From NCBI GenBank assembly GCA_052168235.1, contig JBQLZK010000015.1, forward strand, positions 1-64,000: a DNA stretch of 64,000 nt. The letters run 5' to 3'. Made by a program: the position numbers and the translations under genes. Shown one piece after another: positions 10,001-22,000 of the stretch. The stretch comes from Thainema sp. GTDB taxonomy: Bacteria; Cyanobacteriota; Cyanobacteriia; Phormidesmidales; Phormidesmidaceae. The notes under the pieces are model-generated. The model worked only from the letters and a program-made list of their open reading frames with translations, had not been told where the DNA came from and searched no databases. Each line of letters opens with the position of its first letter. Position 1 is the first letter of the stretch.

Positions 10001-13000
10001 GCAATTGCCGGAGATGACTACGTGGCAACCAATGGTACGCTCACCTTTAATCCCGGTGAAACGACACAGACCATTCAGGTGACTATCCTTGACGATACGA
10101 TTGGTGAGCTAGCCGAAGCCTTTGAACTGCAGCTGTCTCAGCCTGTTAACGCCGTCTTAGATGATGCTGTCGGACAGGCTACTATCACCGACTCTGATGT
10201 GGTTCTACAGGAAGGTACCGACTTTCGGGTTGGCTATGTCTACAATTTTGCGATTCCCTCAGATCCGAGCATTCTTCACTTCACCTATAGCCCCACCTTT
10301 GACACCACCGATCCAGATGCCATCAATGATGCTTTTGAAGTTGCTTTAGTCGATAGTGAGGGAATTCCCCTCACCCATGTGATTGCACCGGGTCGTGATG
10401 CCTTCTTTAACTGGACGGAAGAAGAAGAAGAGGCGATCGCCGCAGGTGTCAGCCATGATGCTGTCAATCGCACGGTCAGCCTCAATCTCACCGGACTACC
10501 AGTGGGAATCGACGCGACTGTTCTGTTCCGCTTAGTCAACAATGACAGCGACACAACCACGCAGGTACAGCTGGCCAACTTTGTTATTGAAGCCGCTCCC
10601 GCTGGAACGCAGCCTGCAACCGATGCATCACCGGCTGATGTACCTGCTGCAACAGCCAATTCGGATACGATCGCCCTCAGCGATGTCTCCTCATCTGTTC
10701 AAGCGAACTATCATCAAAGCAGCTTTAATCCAGATACCGGACGGCTTTACACTAATGTATCGTTGGAAAACATTGGCACCTATGGCCTCAATGGCCCACT
10801 GTGGGTTGCGATCGCTAACATTAGTGATCCATCAGTCGGTGTGGATGGAGCCGATGGCATCACGGCTGATGGACTGCCCTATTACGACTTCAGCCACCTG
10901 ATTACAGACGGCACGTTTGATCCAACTGCCGTTACAGATGAGCGGAGCCTCATCTTTACCAATCCCAACCAGATTCAGTTTACCTATGACCTGATCATCC
11001 TTTCGACGCTGAATCAGGGGCCGATGATTGAGAGCAATCCAGACAATGAAGGCATCGTGGGTCAAGCGTATGTCTATGATGTCAATGCCACCGATCCAGA
11101 CGGCGATGCGCTCACCTATGACCTGCTGGTTGCTCCTGATGGCATGACGATTGATGCCGAGACCGGCTTAATTCAGTGGACACCCACCAACGCTGCTTTA
11201 GGCAATCATTTCATCTTGGTGCAGGTGAGTGATGGTCGGGGTGGCATTGATCAGCAGCAGTTTACGCTGTCGGTTGCGAATGAACCCAGTAATCGTCCGC
11301 CTCGCTTTACCTCTGATCCGGTCATTGATGCCTTTATCAATCAGCCGTATGCGTATGATGCGGACGCGACTGACCCCGATGGCGATTTCTTAAGCTATCA
11401 AATTATCCGGGGACCGGACGGGATGACCATTGACCCAGAAACCGGAGCAATAGAATGGACACCGCCATCGGCTCTCGTGTTGGGTGATACCGTTCTGGGT
11501 CAAATTAGTACACCCGGCGAGATTGACGAATTTACCTTTAGCGGTGTCCAAGGGCAACGTCTTTATCTAGATCCATTACGCTACACCGGTGCTATCGGCG
11601 ACTTGGCAATCAGTCTCTATAGCCCCAGTGGAGAAACTATTATCGATAGTAACTCATTCAATTGGAATCAATATGAGTTTCTAATTTTAGAAGAAACCGG
11701 CACCTATCGAGTTGTCGTTGAGGCAAGAGACGACCGCGACTATACGGGTAACTATGGGTTCAGCCTGCTGGATCTGGCTCTCGTTCCGGTAGCTCCGTTC
11801 GATCAACGGATTGAAGGAACATTGAGTCCAGGCACAGAAGATGATATTTACCGCTTTAGCGGCACGAAAGGGCAAAAGCTCTATATCGATCAAATCACTA
11901 GAAATGGTGATATGGGTTGGCGGCTGTATGACGCAAATGGCCAAAGCCTATCTTCACCTATCTTGATGTCCGATATGGATCTGCGCCTGCCTGAGGATGG
12001 TGAATACTACTTAGCGATACAGGCAGGTTCTGGTGCTAGCTTTACAAATACATCCAGTTATACGTTTGAAATTATTACCCCTGACATCGTTAGCGCCGAA
12101 ATGTCGTTAGGCGATAATACAAACCCAACTCCCGTGACAGGAGTAATTTCGGAGAAAGGCGAAGAAGATATCTATACGTTCGAAGGAACGGCTGGCCAAA
12201 CAGTTGTTTTTGACAAGTTATTTGCCAATGCAAACAGTGGTATAGCTTCACACGAGGCTACAATCTATAATTCATCTGGCAACGAAATCTTTTCTGCAAG
12301 TCTCCGAACTGGCGACGAATTTTTTACATTAGATCAGGATGGACGCTACGAACTACGTGTTGCTGCCCCTGGTGGTATAACCGGATCGTATGGCTTTAGT
12401 CTACTAGATTTAGGCTTAGCCCCATCTATGAATTCTGGCGGCATTTATGAGGACACCATCGAGCTAGGATACGGGACTCATATGTATCAGTTTTCGGGTA
12501 CAGCGGGTCAACAACTTTCTTTTGATGCTCAAGCTAGCTATATTGGCTTACCCCAATGGTCTCTCTACAATCCAAACAATCAGCGACTGATAACCAAATT
12601 TCTATCAACCGACTTTAGCGTCACGCTCAATGATACCGGTACATACACGTTACTGATTGACAGCAATAGAAATTCTCCGCTTAGCTACAAGTTTCAAGTT
12701 TTTGCATCTGATCCAGCAGCCAGCGCTAGCAGTTATAACGCTACGACTAGCAGCGATATTATCTTCGAAGAATCAGCGACTGATACGTCTACCCATCTTC
12801 AAGACGAACCCTCATCTCAAGTCACATTAGCTGAGCCAGAAAGTAGCAGTTCATCTGACGATAGCTCTCCTGCCTCTTTCACAACCACAAATGTTAGCTA
12901 TAGCAGCACTAGCACACCAGTTACGGCAACAGTAACGACAGCAGGAGAGGTTCATAAATATACCTTTGAAGCATCAGCCGGAACATTAATTTGGCTGGAT

Positions 13001-16000
13001 CAGCTCAGTTCAACTAGCAGCAACATTCGGGCAAGTCTAAGAAACCCGGATGGAAGCTATGAGTTTTCAAATCAAAGTACCAGCAACGACATCGGTGTAA
13101 TTCAACTAGATCAGACGGGCCTCTATACGATAGAGACCTATGGTTCAACTAGCAGCACGACAGGTAGCTGGCAATTCCAGATTCAAGAACTGCCAGCGGA
13201 CATTGCGGCTGACACCTTTAATTCGCTGGAACTGAATGTTGTTATGCAGGGGACGCTGGATCCCGGATTGTCATCTACAATCTACAGTTTCCAAAGCCGA
13301 ATTGGACAGCAAGTTTTGTTTAACGGCATGGTTGGCAGCAGTGTTGGTGCTCGATTCTATGATCCGAACGGACAATCGATTTATGAAACCAATAGTTTTG
13401 GAACGTCAGATAGCAATCTGTTTACGCTGACTCAAGAAGGACTGTACCACCTGATCATCGATGGGAATAGCAGTGGGACGCCCAGCTATGCATTCCAAAT
13501 GCTCGATTTTGAAATCAGCGAAACGTTGCCCTTGAACCTGCCACGCCAGGGATCTCTCGAATCGCCACAGGCGGCCCAGCTCTATCAGCTTCAAGGAAGA
13601 GCCGGACAGCGACTATTCTTCGACGTTGAAACAGCTGATAATCGCTACCTTCTATTGACTGTCTATGATTCTAATAATCAGAGTTTAGGCAGCTTTAATG
13701 TACGAACCACAACTCCGCTTGAGCTAACATTACCTCAAGATGGACAGTACACCATTGTTGTTGGTGATGGGGGAGCGAGTTCAAATACGGCTCCGTTAGA
13801 CTATACCCTACAAGTCTTCGGCTATTCTGCTTCGACTACGAATAATATTTTGATTCCGGGTGCAGGCGAGTCAATTAGCCAAGAGCAGTCCTATTTAGGA
13901 TTAGTTCCGGTGCAATTAAGCGTTACGGATGGGCAGAATGGCCAGGCTACGCAGGACTTCACGATTCGACTTTGGCCAGATCCAGGTAATGCCGACCCGA
14001 TTATTACTAGTACACCGGTCACTCGCTACAGCTTGGAGCAACCTTTCTATCGATATCAGGTTAAAGCAACAGATCTGGATGGTGATGACCTCAGCTACCG
14101 ATTAGTTGATGCACCATCAGGAGCAGTCATTGATCAGGATACGGGCGAGCTGCTGTGGCTGCCAGAATCGGCCATTGCCGGACAGAGCTATAACTTTACG
14201 GTGGAAGTATCTGACCGCAGAGGTGGAACAGATCGGCAATCCTTTGTGCTGGAGGCATATCAGACATTAGGTACCATCCAGGGAGCGGTTTGGGACGACC
14301 TCAATGCCAACGGGTATCGAGATACAGCTTTGGTGCAGGGTGATAGTCCTAATATTGTTTTTGCGATTGATATTTCTGGCAGTACAGGCGGCAATTACGT
14401 TGATTGGACGACGACGGATCTAGAAACTGCTGCTACTCAGAATATGGGCATTCTCGGTAATGAAATTGCGGCCATCATTGCCCTGAGTGAACAACTAATT
14501 CAACAGGGACGCGGCAACACCGCTCAGATTGGTGTAGTGGCATTTGATAATGAAGCGCAGGTGCTTGATTTGGATCCTGTCACCTCTGGTACGCAGTTAT
14601 TTATAACGCCACTGGCTGACCAAGATGGTAATGGTATTTCCGATCTGCGTCAGGTGTTGAATACCCTTAGAGCAGATGGAGGAACAAATTTTACACCAGC
14701 CCTTACAACAGCAGCGGGTTTACTCGGTGGTTTGACAGGCGATCCCAATTTGATTTTCCTTTCAGATGGGATTGGTTCTGTTGATCCAGATGTCGTTGCG
14801 GCTCTGGAGTCAGATGGCGTAAACATGACGGCCTTTGGTATTGGGGCTGGTGCCAGTTTAGAGCAGCTGAGTCTGATTGATCCAGATGCGATTCGCGTTA
14901 CCGATCCGCGTGAACTTATCGATATCTTTAGCGGCTGGGATTCTCGCTATACACCGGAGCCACTGATGGAAAATGTCAGTGTCTACCTCGACCTCAATAA
15001 CAATGGTCAGCACGATCTGAATGAACCGCAGCAAACGACCGGGCCGCGTACCAATATCTTTGGTGAGGTACCCTATCAATTTGTCTTCGATAACCTGCTG
15101 CCGGGTACCTATACCCTGCAGCAGGTAGTACCTAATGGTTATGAACAGACGGCTCCATCCACCCCTAGCTTCGTGGATACGATTACAGTTGATGGGGGTG
15201 AAACGTTCACTCATCTATTTGGCAATCATCTGATTAGTCCACCGCCCAATCAAGATCCGTTCTTTGTGACAGATGCCCCGACGGAGGTGGTCGAACTGGG
15301 TTCCGTCCTCCAGTATGCTGCTCGTGCCACTGACCCGGATCCCAATCCGCTCACCTATGAGTTGACGCTCAGTCCGAAGGGCATGATCGTGGATCCGGAA
15401 ACGGGAGTGCTGATTTGGAAGCCGACTGCCAATCAGCTGGGCACCCATAACGTGATGCTGCGCGTCAGTGACGGCCAGGGTGGCATCGACCTCCAGTATT
15501 TCCAGGTGACGGTGGCTGCGCCCAATACGGCATCGGTCTTCACGTCCAACGCAGACAATCTGACCGCGCAGGTGGGTAAGCCCTTCCAGTACCGAGCGGT
15601 GGCCAAAGATGCCGATGGCGATCCGCTCAGCTATCGACTGGTGAATCCACCGACTGGCATGGCGATTGATGCCACGACAGGTGTCCTGTCTTGGGCACCG
15701 ACCGCCACGGGTGACTACTCGGTAACAATTGAAGCCGATGATGGTCGGGGCGGCGTGACGCAGCAGACGCTGGATCTAACCGTGATTGAAGCCACGGCCA
15801 ATACGGCACCGGACATTACTTCGACACCGCGCCTACAAACCCCGATCGGTAATCCCTACGTCTATGCCGTCGCGGCAACCGATGTGGATGGCGATCCGCT
15901 CAGCTATCAGCTGACGACAGCTCCCAGCGGCATGACGATTAATGCCGAGACGGGTCTGATTGAATGGACGCCAACCGCCGCTCAGTTTGGTGAGCAACCG

Positions 16001-19000
16001 GTTGAGGTTACGGTCAGTGATGGTCAGGGCGGTAGTGCAACACAGAGCTTTACGCTCTTGGCTAGTAACCAGGCCAGCAATCAAGCGCCAGTGATTACCT
16101 CGACGCCGAATACGGTGACAAATCTGGATCGGCTCTATCAGTATGGGCTGACGGCGACGGATGCCGATGGCGATGCGCTGATTTGGCGATTGGTGGATGC
16201 TCCAGACGGTATGGTGATTGATGCTCAGACGGGTCGCCTCAGCTGGCAGCCGACGGCTCAGCAGTTGGGTAACCATGAGGTGAGTATCGAAGTCTTTGAC
16301 GGCAGTCTCTTAACCGGACAGAGCTTTACGCTGACGGTTAATGGCGGCAATACGCCTCCGGCGATTGTGTCAACACCCATTACTCAGGCGGCTCAAGATC
16401 AAGCCTACTCGTATCAGGTGGTGGCCACCGATCGCGAGAATGATCCGTTGACCTACCGTTTGGGTGTGCATCCAGACGGCATGACGATTGATGCCCAGAC
16501 GGGACAGATTACCTGGACGCCGACCGCAGATCAGGTGGGCAACCAGACGGTGGAAGTGGTGGTGCAGGATACTCAAGAAGGGATGCAGCGACAGACCTAT
16601 ACCATTGTCGTCGGCACCCAGGCGATTAATCATGCGCCTAGCATTACTTCGACGCCGATCTTTGTGGCGGATGTGAATGGCACCTATACCTATGATGTCG
16701 ATGCCACCGATCCGGATGTGGGCGATTCAATTACCTATGAGCTGCTCCAGTCGCCGACGGGGATGACAATTGATCCGATAACGGGTGTGGTGCAGTGGAA
16801 TACACCCGTGACGGGTAATCATCGCGTGGTGGTGGGTGCCGTGGATGATGGGGGTCTGGGGGCAGCCCAGGGCTTTACGCTGACGGCGCGGGCGAATCAA
16901 GCACCGACGATTCGCTCGACACCGATCCTGACGGCGGTGCCAGGAGCCCGCTATGCCTATGATGTTCAGGCCAGCGATCCGGAGGGAGGGGTTCTCGGCT
17001 ATGCGCTGGATGCGGCCTCTCTGAGCAAGGGGATTCAGATTGATGCGCGGGGACGGCTATCTTGGACGCCGACGCTGGGTCAGATTGGCACCCATTCGAT
17101 TACGGTGACGGTAACCGATAATCTGGGCGCGACGGCGCAGCAGGTCTATGACCTGACGGTGAGTGCGGATACGGAAGCGCCCGTCGTGCGGTTGATTTCA
17201 ACGCTTAATCCGGCAGATGTCGGCGATCAGGTGTCATTCCAGGTGCGAGCCACCGATAACCGGGGCGTGACGGGGCTGCAGCTGACGCTGGATGGCTCAC
17301 CGCTGACCCTCGATCGTAATGGCATTGCCACGGTAACGCTGAATCAGGCGGGAACGGCGAGTCTGGTGGCAACGGCCTATGATGCAGCGGGCAACCAGGG
17401 GCAGGCAACGCTGAATCTGCCGGTGATTGACCCCACGGATAACACTGCGCCAATCATCAGTCTGGCTGCGATTAATGGCGACCAGCCCATCACCACGTTT
17501 ACCGACATCATCGGCTCGGTGACCGATGATAATTTGCTCTACTACTCGCTCGCGATCGCACCCTTGGGCAGTACGAACTTCCAGGAGTTCTATCGGGCCA
17601 CGGATACGGTAAGCGCTGATCTGCTGGGCACATTGGATCCGTCACTGCTCCTGAATGATACCTATACGGTGCGGCTGACGGCGGAGGATGCGGGCGGCAA
17701 TATTGTCTTTGTCGATCAGCAGGTCGATATTACCGGCAATCTGAAGCTGGGCAATTTTACGCTCTCGTTTACGGATTTGGAAATTCCGGTCTCGGGTATT
17801 CCGATTAGTGTGACGCGCACGTACGATACGCTGACGGCCAATACGCGCGATGACTTTGGCTTTGGTTGGCGGCTGGAGTTCCGTGATACGGATCTGCGCA
17901 CCAGTTTGGGCACCGATCAGCTGTATGAGGAATATGGCGTGCGATCGCTGGCGTTCAGTGAGGGTGAGCGGGTCTATCTGACCCTGCCAGGTGGGCAGCG
18001 CCAGGGCTTTACCTTCCAGCCGCGTCAGGTGACCGAAATTGATGGTCAGCCGCTGCTGTATTTCTCCAAGTTCATCTATGAGCCGGTGTTTGTCACGGAT
18101 GATGGGGTGGAGGTGACCCTCAGTGTCGATCAGCATTACATTACGCTGGGCGATGATGGCCGCTTCTATGGTTTGCAGGGACAGGAGTATAATCCGGCGG
18201 ATGACCTCTTTGGTGGCACCTATACGCTGACCACGAAAGAGGGCATTGTCTATACAATTGAGGGCGACAGTGGCGATTTGCTGACGGCACAAGATACCAA
18301 TGGCAATACGCTCACCTTTACCGAGAGTGGCATCACCAGCGATACGGGTGTGGCGGTGACGTTTGGCCGCGATGCTCAGGGTCGGATTACCACGGTGACG
18401 GATCCAGACGGCAATGTCATTCGCTATGGCTATGATGCGCTGGGGGATTTGGTTAGCGTCACCGATCGCGAGGGCAATACGACGCAGCTCGATTACAACG
18501 ACGAGCGATCTCACTATCTCGATGAAATCATTGACCCGCTGGGTCGCAGTGGGGTGCGGACGGAGTATGGCGCGGATGGCCGCATGAGTCGGCTGATTGA
18601 TGTCAATGGCGAGGCCATTGAGCTGGTCTATGACACGGCCAATTCGGTGCAGACCGTTAAGGATGTCTTTGGCTATGAGACGACCTATGTCTATGACGAG
18701 CGCGGCAATGTCCTGACGGAACTTGATGCGGTGGGGCAGCAGATTGTGCGGACGTATGATGCCGATGACAATGTCCTCAGTGAAACCGTCATTACGACTG
18801 AAAGTGGGCCTCAGGGTTGGACAACCACCTATACCTACGACGCGCAGAATAATCGCACCAGTGAGACCAATGCGCTAGGCGAGACGACGTACTACACCTA
18901 CGGTGAGAACAGTCGGCTGCTGAGCGAGACCGATGCGCTGGGCAATACGACCACCTATACCTACGATGAGCGCGGCAACATGTTGTCGATGACGGATGCC

Positions 19001-22000
19001 GTGGGTGAAGGCAGTGAGTTTGTCTATGCAACCAACGGCAATCTGCTGTCCCTCGACGATGCGCTGGGCAACAGTACGGGCTTTAGCTATGACAATCGGG
19101 GACAGGTGACCCGGATGACCGATGCGCTGGGCACGGTCACTCGCTATGAATATGACTTCAACGGCAATCGGACGCAGGAAATTCAGACGGTGACTGGGCC
19201 GGATGGCACGGTGCAAGAGCTGATTACCCGCTGGACGTATGACGGAGAAAATCGCGTCCAGACGATGATTGATGCTGAGGGTGGTCTAACTACCTATGAG
19301 TACGATGCCAATGGCAATCAGACGGCCATGATCGATGCTCTGGGTCGGCGGACGGAGATGCGCTATGACACTCGGGGACAACTAATTGAAACGATTCTGC
19401 CGGATGAAACACCCGCAGATCTCAGTGACAATCCCCGAATGATTGACCTCTATGACCGGGGTGGTCGTCTGCGAGCCTCCATTGACCAAGCGGGTCGGGT
19501 CACTCACATGACTTACGATGCGGTGGGTCGCTTGGTGGAAACCATCCATCCGGCAGCGGGTGAAACGCTCCAGCAGCTGCTCGATGCTATTGCGCCGGGT
19601 GAAACGCTGGCCACGGTGGACTGGAGTACTCTGGTCTATCCCGATGATGCCCCTGCCTATCTGGATGACAATGACCACGTCCGCACGGAATACAGTGAAG
19701 ATGGTCGGGTCAATGCCAGCATTGACGAACGAGGTAACCGCACCGAGTATCGCTATGATGCCGTCGGTCGCCTGGTCGAAACGATTTATGCCGATGAGAC
19801 ACCCGCCGATCTGAGCGACAATCCCCGCATGAGCATCACCTACGATGCGGGGGGTCGTCGGGTGGCCGAAACCGATGCCCTGGGTCATACCACTCGCTAT
19901 CAGTATGACGACTTGGGTCGGGTGACGGATACGATCTTCCACGATGGTAGCCGCACTCAGGTGGCCTATGACGAACTGGGTCGCCGCACGAGCATGACTG
20001 ATCCAGAAGGCTATACCACCACTTATCAATACGATGCTCTGGGTCGGCTGACTGGGGTGCTGGATGCGCTGGGTCAGTTGACGCAGTATCGCTATGACGA
20101 ACTGGGTCGGCTGATTGAAGCTGAAGATGCCAATGGGCAGGTGACGGCCTATGAATATGACCGACTAGGACGGCGGATTGCAGTGGAGCTACCGCTGGAG
20201 CAGCGCTCTAGCATGACCTATGATGCCGTGGGCAATATGGTGTCGATGACCGACTTCAATGGGGAGGTGACGGCCTATGGCTATGATGCTCAAAATCGGC
20301 TGATTTTGACGGACTACGACGATGATGCCGATGTGGTCTATACCTATACCGCCGATGGCCAGGTGGCAACCATCACCGATGGGCGGGGGATTACCAGCTT
20401 TGACTATGACCATCAGGGACGATTGCTCTCGCGGCAAGACCCCGATGGGCCGTATCTGCTCTCGGGCAATACGATTGAGTACAGTTATGACGAAGCGGGT
20501 AATCGCACCTCGGTCACGACGCCCAATGGCAGCGTCACCTATGGCTATGATGAGCGCAACCGACTGACAACCGTGCTCGATGATGACCTTAATCTCACCA
20601 CCTACACCTACGATGATGCCAACAATCTGGTGAGAACCGCCTTCCCCAACGATACGGTGGAAACTCGGCGCTATGACGACCTCAATCGACTGGTGGAACT
20701 GAAGACCGTCTATGTCGATCCCACGACAGGTGCAGAAACCGTCCTGACCGGATTTGACTATACGCTTAATCAATCCGGGCATCGACTGGCAGTGACTGAA
20801 GCCGATGGCCGACAGGTGAACTACACCTATGATGAGCTGTATCGCCTCACCGAAGAGAACATCAACAACGGCGAACGGGTTCTGGCCTATACCTATGACA
20901 GCGTGGGCAATCGCCTGACCAAGGATGACTCATTGGCTGGACTAACCACCTACACCTATGACGCCAATGATCGGCTGCTGAGTGAGGTGTTGACTCAAGC
21001 TGGCGTGACGGTTCACACCATTACCTATACCTATGACGACAACGGCAATTTGCTCAGTCGCACCCAGGTAACGGATGCCGCCAGTGAGACGACCACCTAC
21101 ACCTGGAATGATGATGACCGTCTAGTGGCAGTGGCAACGCCAGATGGCAGCAGCGTTACTTATGAGTATGACGAGGAGGGCATCCGCGTCAGCAGTACGG
21201 TGGATGGGGTGACGACGGATTATCTGGTCGATAAGAATCGGCCTTATGCTCAGGTTCTAGAGGAGTTAAACAGTGAGCAGCTTCAGGCGTTCTATGTCTA
21301 TGGCCATGACCTGATTGCTCAGACGCGCAATACCGAGCAGGATTTCTATCAGGTCGATGGCTTAGGTAGTACTCGGGCGTTGACGGATGAAACTGGCAAT
21401 GTTACCGATACCTATGACTATGAGGCGTTTGGCGAGCTGATTGAGTCAGAAGGGGAGAGCGAGAACAGCTATCAGTTCGCAGGGGAGCAGTTTGATGAGG
21501 CGATCGGGGATTATTATTTGCGCGATCGCTTCTATGACCCCAGTAGCGGGCGCTTTACAAGAAGAGATGTTTATGAAGGCGATTTTGTACAGCCACTATC
21601 ACTTCATAAGTATCTGTATACTCATAACGATCCAATCAATTATGTTGATCCCAGTGGCTTTATCAACAAATACACTCTTCTAGCTACACTCGTTATAGCT
21701 GATATACTTGCGAGTGTCGGTGGAGAGTTCTTTAATCCAATAATAGTAGATCCGTCTAGTGTTAATATTCCAACTCCTAGCCCATCTATTCTAAGCGGGG
21801 CCACTAGTCGCGAAGTTATCCTAACACCTTCTAAAAATGTGATAGATGCTTTTACGGATCTTGAAGCTCAAAGATTTCTCGACGATACAATGACTGGTCG
21901 TATATTTCCAGTACGAACAGGAAATAGACAAGTAGACGGAGTAGTTACTCGATTCGATGTTGGTGGACAAAGATTTTACGGACAGAGTACTTGGACTAAG

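Noticed and set aside
19380..19835. Duplicated DETPADLSDNPRM segment in the Rhs core
   Set aside because: An in-frame internal repeat of the YD region, not a separate element.
17642..20782. Long antisense ORFs (290, 215, 197 aa) opposite the Rhs core
   Set aside because: Typical stop-poor shadow frames of a GC-biased repetitive gene; no motifs.
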